A stretch of 64,000 bases of DNA from Clostridia bacterium (GTDB lineage Bacteria; Bacillota; Clostridia; Christensenellales; CAG-138). The first letter of the stretch is position 1. Every line of letters starts with the position of its first letter. The notes under the pieces are model-generated. The model was given only the letters and a program-made list of their open reading frames with translations, was not told the origin of the DNA and searched no databases. A program made the translations under genes and the position numbers. The stretch covers positions 36,393 through 100,392 of the forward strand of contig JAFQCL010000017.1 in assembly GCA_017416425.1 (NCBI GenBank), in the 5' to 3' direction. This document shows, piece after piece, positions 55,807 through 64,000 of this stretch.

Positions 55807-56658
55807 TCAGTATTTATCCAGTATAAACGAAAGCGTTGGATCCGTAAGTTCGTTTATCGAGGAAAAGCCTGTTCCTAAAAGAAACGCTTGCTTTGACAGA
55901 ACCTTTATCATATTGAATACTTCGAGCGATGGAGCGCCGGGCTTATATGGAAAAGGCGCGGTCAGCATGCCATATTTTAGGGCTAAATGGGAAAGAAGCC
56001 TATTTTTGCAGCTCAAAGAGCCGGCAAGCTCCTGCACATAGCTGCCGTAGCCGAGCGCATAGGCATCCCCACACCTTAGCGCATAGCCAAACGTAGAAAA
56101 TTCCTCTATGAGTTTTGAGCAATATTCAGGAGTTCTCCTAACGGCTATCGGGAACTTTTCGACGACATGGCTTGAATATAGTGAAAAGAGCTCACCGGGG
56201 GAAAGGGGGCATGGTGAGGAGATTGGAGCAACTGCTTTCGATGAAAAGGATACCCTTTGATGCCTTACAAAGGGCTCAAAGCCGAATTGCCTGTAAAAAT
56301 CAACATTAAAGGGCTGAAGCAGTAAAGCAGTATAGCCCTTTTTGTAAAGCTCGCTAAATATATGGGAAAACAGCTCTCTACATACGCCTTTTCGCCTGAA
56401 TTCAGGCAGAGTACCAATGCCTGCGATCAGCGCAACGGGCTTTGTTTCGCAATTTAGCTTTAAAAGCTGCGGTATGATATGCATCATACATAGCATTTTT
56501 GAACCCCCAAAAGCCCCATATATATGGCTGGGATCCGTCCTTTTGGCATAGTAGTAGTCGATAAAAGCATCTCCGTCCTCAGGAAAGCAGATGGCCCACA
56601 GCCTTTTTGCCTCAGCATATTCTTCGTGTTTTATAAGCCTACATTCGAGCCGCATCAT
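55807..56658 (-). CDS. GNAT family N-acetyltransferase (Eis-like, with C-terminal extension)
   Basis: 283 aa. Acetyl-CoA loop LPEFRRKGVCRELF, then a roughly 130-aa C-terminal domain. The start overlaps the upstream gene stop by 4 nt. Confidence 0.75.
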   Translation of the reverse strand: MMRLECRLIKHEEYAEAKRLWAICFPEDGDAFIDYYYAKRTDPSHIYGAFGGSKMLCMMHIIPQLLKLNCETKPVALIAGIGTLPEFRRKGVCRELFSHIFSELYKKGYTALLLQPFNVDFYRQFGFEPFVRHQRVSFSSKAVAPISSPCPLSPGELFSLYSSHVVEKFPIAVRRTPEYCSKLIEEFSTFGYALRCGDAYALGYGSYVQELAGSLSCKNRLLSHLALKYGMLTAPFPYKPGAPSLEVFNMIKVLSKQAFLLGTGFSSINELTDPTLSFILDKY

Positions 56659-57551
56659 ATTTCCTCAAAGCTTACTGTATATTTCTCTATGAGCATTTTT
56701 GGGTGATATGAAAGCTTGGATTTTCGAAGCCCCTCGATATCCATGTCCTCTTCACGGTTTATAAGCTCTGTGTGGCCAAAAAAAGCGTTTGAAAAGCTTT
56801 GATTTATCATGGGATATATGCCGCTGTAGAGGTCGTTGGCTTTTTCAATGTGCACAAGCCCGATCTTAGGCGTTATTAATTCGCCGAAGGATGCCGCGAT
56901 AAGCCTGCCCCTAACTTTAATGCCGCCTCCAAATACAGAAAGCGTATCCATGTTGCGTATAAGCCTTGTTATAGCGGGACCTTCGCCCTCCATGCCGGGG
57001 AGTAAAACGTTTTTATTATGCAGCCATTCGCTGAATACCGATGCGCACTCAGCCTCCATATCAGGGGTGATGCGCACAAAGCTATAGTCCGGATAGATGC
57101 TATGGAAACGATTTATAAAGTTCCGCTTTGCATGAAAGTGCTTGCCGGACAGTGTGATAAGGTCGGCGGAATTATATATGTAATCGCAGTTTCCTCTGTC
57201 AAGCTCAAAATGAGCTCCGTGGCATTGTGTGGAAAAAGCTTCATAGATACTTTCGCTTGCGTAAGCAAATCGCACCGGCTTACCGATGGATTTAAGATAA
57301 TCAGCTCCGATGTTTACTGCCTTTTCATAATCATACTGCGTGCTCTCGGGTATGGGAGCCAGGAGATTTATTCTTCCTCCAAAGCAAAACATGATATAAA
57401 GCACGTTTTGCTCCTCGGCAATAAGTATATTATCTGAGTGCCCCCATATAAAGAGGTTGGTAAAGGTGTAAGATGAGTTTATAAGACCCCATGCCCTTAC
57501 ATAATGCTCAATAAGGGATTTATCCTCAAGGCGTATCGGTCTGAAATCCAT
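56655..57551 (-). CDS. DUF2156 domain protein (homologue of the MprF/LysPG-synthase C-terminal aminoacyl-transfer domain), soluble
   Basis: 298 aa. It has FTNLFIW, KHFHAKRNFINRF and a tandem GNAT-like fold pattern characteristic of DUF2156. No TM segments. Confidence 0.7.
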   Translation of the reverse strand: MDFRPIRLEDKSLIEHYVRAWGLINSSYTFTNLFIWGHSDNILIAEEQNVLYIMFCFGGRINLLAPIPESTQYDYEKAVNIGADYLKSIGKPVRFAYASESIYEAFSTQCHGAHFELDRGNCDYIYNSADLITLSGKHFHAKRNFINRFHSIYPDYSFVRITPDMEAECASVFSEWLHNKNVLLPGMEGEGPAITRLIRNMDTLSVFGGGIKVRGRLIAASFGELITPKIGLVHIEKANDLYSGIYPMINQSFSNAFFGHTELINREEDMDIEGLRKSKLSYHPKMLIEKYTVSFEEI

Positions 57552-57640
57552 TTGTAAGTACTTCCTTGTAATCGTTATCCATATTTTAGCACAAGTGGGC
57601 GGATCGTTTCAAGGTGATATTAAGCCTTGCGCCAACTGGA

Positions 57641-57678
57641 GAACGAGTGAAGATCAGGCGCCTGTTCTTCACTCGTTC
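57641..57678. other. 38-nt near-perfect inverted repeat downstream of sigE
   Basis: GAACGAGTGAAGA t CAGG cg CCTG t TCTTCACTCGTTC. A T-run follows on the plus strand only, although the nearest gene end (sigE) is on the minus strand. Confidence 0.6.
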
Positions 57679-57714
57679 TTTTGAACTCTTTTTAGTTTAC
57701 CAGTGGCATTGGCA

Positions 57715-58425
57715 TCATTGCTCAAGCAGGAGTATTTCTCGCTTTAGCTGTCGCATTATACGCTTTTCAAGACGAGAAATATAACTCTGGGATATACCGA
57801 GCATATCTGCGACCTGCTTTTGCGTGTATTCCGAATTGCCAAACAGCCCAAAGCGTAGCTCGACTATACGCTGCTCTCTTGCGCTAAGCTTTTTCATAGC
57901 CGCAAATAGCAGCTCCTTATCCACCTCATCCTCCATAGGTCTTGAAAGCTCATCAGGATCGGTACCGAGTATATCCGAAAGCAGCAGTTCATTACCGTCC
58001 CAGTCGACATTCAAAGGCTCATCCAGGGAGACTTCAAGCTTATATTTACTAGACTTTCTAAGATGCATAAGTATCTCGTTTTCTATGCAGCGCGATGCAT
58101 ATGTAGCAAGCTTTATCTGCTTTGAGGGGTCAAATGTATTTACAGCTTTTATAAGGCCTATAGTACCTATCGATACCAGATCCTCCACACATGTGCCCGT
58201 GTTTTCGAATTTTCTTGCTATATACACTACCAGTCTGAGATTACGCTCAATGAGGATATGACGAACACTGGTATCGCCGATGGAAAGTCTGGATAACACA
58301 GCCTCCTCTTCACTCTTTGTAAGAGGAGGTGGAAGGGATTCGCCGCTTGTTATGTATCCAATACTTGTTTTAAGTCCTAAGACTTTGTATAACCATTTTA
58401 TAAAGTACCAAAATGCAAGTTTCAT
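57715..58425 (-). CDS. sigE: Sporulation sigma factor E (pro-sigma-E)
   Basis: AAGGAG RBS before the ATG at 58425. It has an N-terminal pro-sequence ([18 protein letters not shown]), region 2 ([12 protein letters not shown] ... [14 protein letters not shown]) and region 4 ([19 protein letters not shown]). It lies directly after spoIIGA. Confidence 0.93.
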   Translation of the reverse strand: MKLAFWYFIKWLYKVLGLKTSIGYITSGESLPPPLTKSEEEAVLSRLSIGDTSVRHILIERNLRLVVYIARKFENTGTCVEDLVSIGTIGLIKAVNTFDPSKQIKLATYASRCIENEILMHLRKSSKYKLEVSLDEPLNVDWDGNELLLSDILGTDPDELSRPMEDEVDKELLFAAMKKLSAREQRIVELRFGLFGNSEYTQKQVADMLGISQSYISRLEKRIMRQLKREILLLEQ

Positions 58426-58467
58426 AAAATATGTTCTCCTTTTTACTAAAGCGTAGTGCAAGCATCT

Positions 58468-59286
58468 TCAGGGGATGTTTATGTTTTTACCGGAATCTTT
58501 TACTAAATGTCCATCGAAAAACGCCTCCTTTGGTTCCGGATTTAGAATAAGCCCGGGTGGGAACAGGGCTTGCTTTAGGGGCTCATCCGATAACGCTATA
58601 ATACATTTCAGTGGTATGTTTTCACTGCCCACGATTAAATTTTCGGGTATAAATCCATATATAACACTACTGCCGGATGCGGTGCTGATAGGTATTGGTA
58701 TGCTGGCAAAAGCTTTAAGCTCAGGCGAAAACATCACCGCCACGGGAAGCCCGCTGAGCGGATCCACAAGTGAGTTGCCCGTGTCTATGATACCTGTGCC
58801 TACTATGCTTATATCCTTGTGCCTGAGCGTAAATAATACACCTGGAGTGGAACTTCTTCTTCGCAATAAACTGCATATCAGCCTGGGAAGCAAGGCTGAT
58901 ATAAGCATTATTAGTAGTATAAATCTCATAGGCGATGTTGTATAAAGTATGCCTCCTTCTATATGGCCTCCAAGCAAAAACGCTATTCCAATGGCTGTCC
59001 CGCCGGATAAAAAAGCTGATGCAAGCGTTGCTGCCGCGTTTATTGCAAAGACTTTGATACTATGGCAGGGGAGCGTTAGCGACATTAGGATGCAAAGCAA
59101 TATTTTAAATATAGGAAGAAGCAAAAAAGGCGCTATTGTTACCGAAAAACATGCGTAGATCGCTCCTGTGAGCGAAAAAAGGAGCATCTTTAAAAACTTT
59201 ACATGCATGGATCTAAAGGCAGCGGCCAAGCGCAGCAAGAGCATATTCATTATGAGATTGTCAAGAAAATATAGCTCAATGTACAT
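58468..59286 (-). CDS. spoIIGA: Sigma-E processing peptidase SpoIIGA
   Basis: AAGGAGGG RBS before the ATG at 59286 (MYIELYFLDNLIMN...). Five TM helices, then the aspartic protease motif GIIDTGNSLVDPLSG. Confidence 0.92.
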   Translation of the reverse strand: MYIELYFLDNLIMNMLLLRLAAAFRSMHVKFLKMLLFSLTGAIYACFSVTIAPFLLLPIFKILLCILMSLTLPCHSIKVFAINAAATLASAFLSGGTAIGIAFLLGGHIEGGILYTTSPMRFILLIMLISALLPRLICSLLRRRSSTPGVLFTLRHKDISIVGTGIIDTGNSLVDPLSGLPVAVMFSPELKAFASIPIPISTASGSSVIYGFIPENLIVGSENIPLKCIIALSDEPLKQALFPPGLILNPEPKEAFFDGHLVKDSGKNINIP

Positions 59287-59475
59287 GATCTTCTCACCCT
59301 CCTTTGATCCGTTTATACCATTTATGACGGAAATAATGTTTCCCTGATAGTATAGAATACAGCTTAAAGTATGCATGTAGAACTATGAACCAAAATACAT
59401 AAAAAAGGAGGCGAAATGTTCCTAATCATGGCCATGCCGGCATAATTATTAGTTACACGGCAAAGGAGGTATCAT

Positions 59476-60606
59476 ATGTCAAAAACTCGTATAATAGTCG
59501 CAGCGCTAATGAGCCTGTTTATTGTGGTATATCTTTTGGTGGTGCCAAATATGATCAGGGATCAAATAGGGAGAGATCCGTACAGTGAATGGATGCAGCC
59601 TGATGAGTCGGAATATAAGGGCGTTATAACGGTTTGGCATATAGTGGAATTTAAGCCTTATCTTGGAAGCATAACAACATGGCTGAAGGAACGCGCCAAG
59701 AAGATAGAAGACGCGGATTTTGGCGTTTATATCGATGTTTTGGGTATGACAACCGATGAATATGCTGAGCGTGTACAAAATGGTGAAAGAGCAGATGTTT
59801 ATTCATTTCCTGCGGGATTATTTTCCTCGGAAATATTAATGCCAATGACTGAGCATCCAAATGTGGATTTTGTAAGCGCTTCTCTATATCGCTCTGGAGT
59901 GTATAACAATGAGCTTCTTGCGCTGCCGTATCTTTACAGCGGGTATGGGCTTATGATAAATATGGATATACTCTCAAGGCTTGGAGAATCGATACCAAAA
60001 GAGGGCGTTGATGTGAGCTTTATAGCCGAGGGAGCAAATCGTTTTGATCACTATACGGGTAAGAATAAAAAAAACCATGTGTATGGACTTGTTGGGAAAA
60101 ACACGCTTGCTGCTATGCTCAATATCACATGTGATCTGGGTGAAGCGGAACGCTTTTCTTCAGGAAATGCCGCGATGCACATCTGCGATCTTAGGGCGAT
60201 TGGTGATATGGAACGAAAAAATAGCGCGGGTAAAGGTATAAATATGAACTATTATCCAATAAGCGGCTATACCGATCTTGTGCAGTATATAGGGATCGCG
60301 GCGGACATATCAGATCAAAAGGTGCCTTATGTATTGTCGTATATATCCGAGCTTTTTACCGAAAGATCACAGCTATCATTGACAGAGCTTGGTATATTTC
60401 CCGCCGTTGTTCTAAGTGAAGCGCTAACATTTGAGATGGAGGCGGCGCAGCGAGTATATGATGGCAATAAAAGCCCCGATGTGATGAATACGTTTCTTTT
60501 TAACGCCGCCAGGCATAGAGTAAACGACTACGCGGAGGCGGTGCTTTTAGGTGAGGTCGGCGCGTATGAGAGCTATATCAGACTTATCGAGTCGCTCAGA
60601 GCATGA
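59476..60606 (+). CDS. Membrane-anchored hypothetical protein (solute-binding-protein-like fold suspected)
   Basis: 376 aa. AAGGAGG RBS and a single N-terminal TM helix. The rest is soluble. The resemblance to family-1 extracellular solute-binding proteins is an impression only. Confidence 0.6.
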   Translation: MSKTRIIVAALMSLFIVVYLLVVPNMIRDQIGRDPYSEWMQPDESEYKGVITVWHIVEFKPYLGSITTWLKERAKKIEDADFGVYIDVLGMTTDEYAERVQNGERADVYSFPAGLFSSEILMPMTEHPNVDFVSASLYRSGVYNNELLALPYLYSGYGLMINMDILSRLGESIPKEGVDVSFIAEGANRFDHYTGKNKKNHVYGLVGKNTLAAMLNITCDLGEAERFSSGNAAMHICDLRAIGDMERKNSAGKGINMNYYPISGYTDLVQYIGIAADISDQKVPYVLSYISELFTERSQLSLTELGIFPAVVLSEALTFEMEAAQRVYDGNKSPDVMNTFLFNAARHRVNDYAEAVLLGEVGAYESYIRLIESLRA

Positions 60607-60703
60607 TAATGATACTTTTTGTATTGTCTCTCGGTGTTGTAATTGAGTTCGTTTTGGTTTAAAATAAATATGAGTAATTTTGCGTAATGGGAGATTATTG
60701 CCG

Positions 60704-61594
60704 ATGCCCGATTATAGATCCATATTTGGAGAGATTTTCTTTAGAGAAAATATGCCCATGTCGGAGTATACGAGCTTTCGCATTGGCGGAAATGCCGAGG
60801 TGTTGGTCGAACCGGCTTCTGTGGGGGAGCTTTTGCGGTGCCTTTCTATCGCAAAGGAGCTTGATAAAAAGGTGATTATAATCGGAAATGGCACTAACAT
60901 GCTTGTGAGCGATGAAGGTATAGAAGGCATTTGCATCAGGATAGCCGAGCGGATGAGCGCTGCTGAGATCAACGGAACAAGGATTAACGTACAAGCCGGA
61001 GCCCGTATAGCAAGTATAGCAAAAAAGAGCGTTTTAAACGGTCTTATGGGGCTTGAATGGGCAGCGGGTATTCCCGGAACTGTGGGAGGCGCTATTGCCA
61101 TGAATGCGGGCGCGTATTATGGCGAGATGTCGATGGTGCTGAAGAAGGTATCCGGTATAATGGATGGAGAATTTTGCTCATTTGACGTTAAAGACGATGA
61201 TATGGGCTATAGGAAAAGCCGATTTATTGCTCCTGATTTTTTAACATGTGAAGCGGAAATTGAGCTTATACCGGATGATGGGAGCGCGCTTTCTAGGATG
61301 AATGATTATAACGCCAGGCGAAGAGAAAAACAGCCGCTTTCATATCCCAGCGCGGGCAGTACTTTTAAACGCCCGGAGGGGTATTTTGCAGGCGCACTCA
61401 TAGAACAGGCAGGCTTAAAGGGCACGAGTATCGGCGGCGCTATGGTAAGCACAAAACACGCTGGATTTATAATAAATACAGGCAATGCTACATGCAGCGA
61501 TGTTTTAGCGCTTATAGAGCTTGTGCAAAAAAGGGTGTACGACATGTCCGGCGTAATGCTTGAAACAGAAGTAAAATATATAGGAAAGAGGTAG
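60704..61594 (+). CDS. murB: UDP-N-acetylenolpyruvoylglucosamine reductase
   Basis: It has FRIGG, GNGTNMLV, the FAD-binding PCMH domain, and the C-terminal SAGSTFKRP and KHAGFIIN. An ATG at 60704 after GGGAG is preferred to the TTG at 60680. Confidence 0.93.
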   Translation: MPDYRSIFGEIFFRENMPMSEYTSFRIGGNAEVLVEPASVGELLRCLSIAKELDKKVIIIGNGTNMLVSDEGIEGICIRIAERMSAAEINGTRINVQAGARIASIAKKSVLNGLMGLEWAAGIPGTVGGAIAMNAGAYYGEMSMVLKKVSGIMDGEFCSFDVKDDDMGYRKSRFIAPDFLTCEAEIELIPDDGSALSRMNDYNARRREKQPLSYPSAGSTFKRPEGYFAGALIEQAGLKGTSIGGAMVSTKHAGFIINTGNATCSDVLALIELVQKRVYDMSGVMLETEVKYIGKR

Positions 61595-61599
61595 CGACC

Positions 61600-62472
61600 A
61601 TGTATTTGCTGATAGTCACGGGTTTTTCCGGCGCGGGTAAGTCTTGTGCTCTTAAATCCCTTGAGGATATGGGCTTTTTTTGCGTTGACAATATGCCGAC
61701 AGAGCTTGTATCATCATTTATCACTTTGTGCAAGGGCAATATGATAGAGAATGTCGCGCTTGCTATTGATAGCAGAGCCAGCGTCATATCCAAAAAAGAT
61801 ATTACAGATGTGCTTAGCTCCATTGATGCGGATCATGACATACTATTTCTTGATTGCAAGGATGACATACTTATAAGACGTTATTCGGAGACACGCCGTA
61901 GACATCCTATGAGCGTGAGGGTTGAAGAGGGAATTCGTCTTGAAAGGGCGCTTTTGCAGCCGCTTAAAGAATGCGCTACATTTGTTATAGATACAAGCGA
62001 ACTAAAGCCAAAGGAGCTTAGGCTATGCATAGAGCACATGCATATGGGAGAAAGTGTAAAGAACACATTCACACTTGTAGTAACAAGCTTCGGTTTTAAA
62101 CGAGGGGTGCCTTCGGATGCCGATATGGTATTTGACATGCGCTTTTTAAAGAATCCCTTTTATGAGCCGGAACTTCGGCCGCTTTCGGGCATGAACCAGC
62201 CTGTTGTGGACTATATTATCGCAGATCCGGCGGCTTTGAACTTTATCAACTCCGTTGAGCAGCTTTTAAGGCTTACTATACCCAAATTCAAACAAAATGA
62301 TAAGCATAGGCTTATGGTAGCGTTTGGCTGTACCGGAGGAAGACACAGATCTGTATTTGCTGCATGCACCATAAGTGAAAGGCTTAAGGATATGGCTGAT
62401 GTTACATTGGTGCATAGGGATCTTTCAACGGAAGCAAAGGATATTGAATCAAGATTTAAAAGCGATGAATGA
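61600..62472 (+). CDS. rapZ: RNase adapter protein RapZ (YvcJ family P-loop NTPase)
   Basis: 290 aa. Walker A GFSGAGKS, with CTGGRHRSV near the C-terminus. Confidence 0.93.
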   Translation: MYLLIVTGFSGAGKSCALKSLEDMGFFCVDNMPTELVSSFITLCKGNMIENVALAIDSRASVISKKDITDVLSSIDADHDILFLDCKDDILIRRYSETRRRHPMSVRVEEGIRLERALLQPLKECATFVIDTSELKPKELRLCIEHMHMGESVKNTFTLVVTSFGFKRGVPSDADMVFDMRFLKNPFYEPELRPLSGMNQPVVDYIIADPAALNFINSVEQLLRLTIPKFKQNDKHRLMVAFGCTGGRHRSVFAACTISERLKDMADVTLVHRDLSTEAKDIESRFKSDE

Positions 62473-62504
62473 TCTCTGTTTTATGCTTCATAAGAGGAAT
62501 TAGT

Positions 62505-63410
62505 ATGTCTTTTTCATTGGAAACCAAATATGAACTTACAAATCAAAAATTTAAAAATGACCGTGCAAAGCTATTAGTATTGACCGGAATCACGCTTACA
62601 GCCGGAAATATTTCCATTGGCACCGGAAAAATAGCGCTAAGATACGTTACGGAGAGCTATCCAACGGCAAAGCTGATAATAAAGCTTGCGACCAAGCTCT
62701 ATAGCGTTTCGGGCTCCATATCCGTAAGCGATAAGCTTGGGATCAATTCAAGAAGCACCATCGTGACCATCGAGGGTGAGGATGTGAGCCGTCTTATATC
62801 AGATACCGGGCTTATGGACATCGGAAACGAGCGCGAATACGATTATCCGGATGATGCGCAAAAGAAAATGCTGCTTACAGGCGCATTTCTTGGGGCAGGA
62901 TCGATCACCGATCCTAAAAAATCATATCATATGGAGATCGTTTGCAGGACTGAGCGCTTTGCGGAAGTATTATGCAAAATTTTTACCGACTTTGATATAA
63001 CCGCAAAGTACTTTGAACGCAAAGAGAGCTATGTTTTATATATAAAAGATGCGGAGAATATTTTTAGTTTTTTGGCGCTTATCGGCGCTTCCAAAGCTGC
63101 TGTTGAGCTTACGGAGGTGCGCGTTATAAAGGATGTTAAGAACAATATAAACCGTAAAAACAATTGTGAAAGCGCCAATATGCAAAAGACGGCTCAGGCA
63201 GCGGCAAGGCAGGCGATGGCGATAGAGATAATAAGGGATACGGTTGGCCTTGAAACTCTCCCCGCGCCCTTAAGGGCTGCGGCCGAGGTGAGGATCAATA
63301 ATATGGAGGCTACGCTTTCTGAGCTGGCGGATATGCTTGGAATAGGAAAATCGGGAATGAGCCATCGCTTAAATCGCATAGTTGAGATCGCGCAGGAGCT
63401 TATTGTATAG
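62505..63410 (+). CDS. whiA: Sporulation/cell-division regulator WhiA
   Basis: The start MSFSLETKYEL follows AAGAGGA. It has LAGLIDADG-like degenerate homing-endonuclease domains plus a C-terminal HTH (LSELADMLGIGKSGMSHRLNRI). Confidence 0.92.
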   Translation: MSFSLETKYELTNQKFKNDRAKLLVLTGITLTAGNISIGTGKIALRYVTESYPTAKLIIKLATKLYSVSGSISVSDKLGINSRSTIVTIEGEDVSRLISDTGLMDIGNEREYDYPDDAQKKMLLTGAFLGAGSITDPKKSYHMEIVCRTERFAEVLCKIFTDFDITAKYFERKESYVLYIKDAENIFSFLALIGASKAAVELTEVRVIKDVKNNINRKNNCESANMQKTAQAAARQAMAIEIIRDTVGLETLPAPLRAAAEVRINNMEATLSELADMLGIGKSGMSHRLNRIVEIAQELIV

Positions 63411-63414
63411 CTAA

Positions 63415-63480
63415 GTTTATTTTACACAGGAGAAAACCTCTCCCAATTCCACGAGAAAGGAAACTTTCACTTCATGAAGG
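63415..63480 (+). repeat. Intergenic repeat family, copy D (3' half only) plus trailing hairpin, immediately 5' of dnaE
   Basis: CCCAATTCCACGAGAAAGGAAACTTTC matches copies A and B at 27 of 30 positions over the 3' block. CTTCA/TGAAG hairpin follows. Confidence 0.6.
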
Positions 63481-63494
63481 TTATGGATATAAAT

Positions 63495-64000
63495 ATGTCG
63501 GATTTTGTGCACCTTCACGTTCATACACAGTATAGCCTGCTTGATGGAGCGGCAAGGATAAGCGACCTTGTATCGCGCGCAAAGGAGCTTAAAATGAGCG
63601 CGCTTGCGATAACAGACCACGGCGCGATGTATGGCGTTATCGACTTCTATAAGGAGTGTAAAAAGCAGGGTATAAAACCGATAATCGGCATGGAAGCATA
63701 TGTTGCTCCAAAGAGTATGACCGATAAAGAAGGGGTTCGCGAATACTCACATCTTATTTTGCTGGCTAAAAATAATCAGGGATACCGAAATTTAATGCAG
63801 CTATCAACGCTTGCTTTTACTGAGGGCTTTTACTATAAACCAAGAATAGATTACGATACGCTTGAACGCTATAAGGAAGGGCTCATATGTCTTTCGGCCT
63901 GTATCGCAGGCGATATTCCAAGCTTGCTTTTAGAAAATGAGGATGAAGCTGCTTATGCGCTTGCAAGAAGGCTTAAGGATGCGTTTGGCGATGATTTTTA
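63495..64000 (+). CDS. dnaE: DNA polymerase III alpha subunit DnaE, 5' partial (runs off the window)
   Basis: MSDFVHLHVHTQYSLLDGA is the PHP-domain N-terminus. The frame is open to the window end. An upstream in-frame ATG at 63474 is also possible. Confidence 0.9.
   Translation, partial: MSDFVHLHVHTQYSLLDGAARISDLVSRAKELKMSALAITDHGAMYGVIDFYKECKKQGIKPIIGMEAYVAPKSMTDKEGVREYSHLILLAKNNQGYRNLMQLSTLAFTEGFYYKPRIDYDTLERYKEGLICLSACIAGDIPSLLLENEDEAAYALARRLKDAFGDDF

Noticed and set aside
50433-57551. Possibility of an intact tRNA-integrated prophage or genomic island.
   Set aside because: No integrase or recombinase is present. I could not find a duplicated copy of the tRNA-Arg 3' end. The phage genes lie on the 5' side of the tRNA. 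Only two or three phage-type genes are present, so it is reported as a remnant instead.

Overview
This window looks like chromosome from a spore-forming, anaerobic Clostridia member. The lineage guess (Oscillospiraceae/Ruminococcaceae-like) is inference from spoIIGA-sigE, spoIIR, hydEGF and one dockerin-bearing protein. Most of the window is housekeeping: lepA, glmM, murC, pyrB, recR, ybaB, glyA, nadD-yqeK, rsfS, ispE, queA, murB, rapZ, whiA and the 5' end of dnaE. It also holds four tRNAs (Lys-CTT, Gly-GCC, Ala-CGC, Arg-ACG), a three-subunit molybdenum hydroxylase, citrate lyase citDEF, an ABC exporter pair and an intracellular GH13 enzyme. An OmpR/histidine-kinase pair sits next to a six-PepSY lipoprotein, and there is a complete [FeFe]-hydrogenase maturation operon (TM1266-like regulator, hydE, hydG, hydF). 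I found no CRISPR array, rRNA, integrase, transposase or recognisable defence system. I cannot point to one clear-cut novel multi-gene system. The best candidates for follow-up are listed here. (1) An unannotated ~100-nt intergenic repeat family with four same-orientation copies, each just 5' of a plus-strand start codon; it has a conserved 5' palindrome and a Shine-Dalgarno-like 3' end. (2) An orphan but intact phage terminase-large/portal pair behind a consensus sigma-A promoter next to tRNA-Arg, with a displaced TerS-like fragment. (3) A translationally coupled DUF2156 (MprF C-terminal-like) plus Eis-like GNAT pair sitting where sigG usually follows sigE. (4) An SPFH protein carrying four tandem zinc ribbons, followed by a dockerin protein built from three copies of an unassigned domain. 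(5) An AT-rich patch holding a SpoIID/LytB-like gene cut off from its signal peptide. All coordinates and motifs were read by hand, and start codons were adjusted where an RBS supported an internal start.
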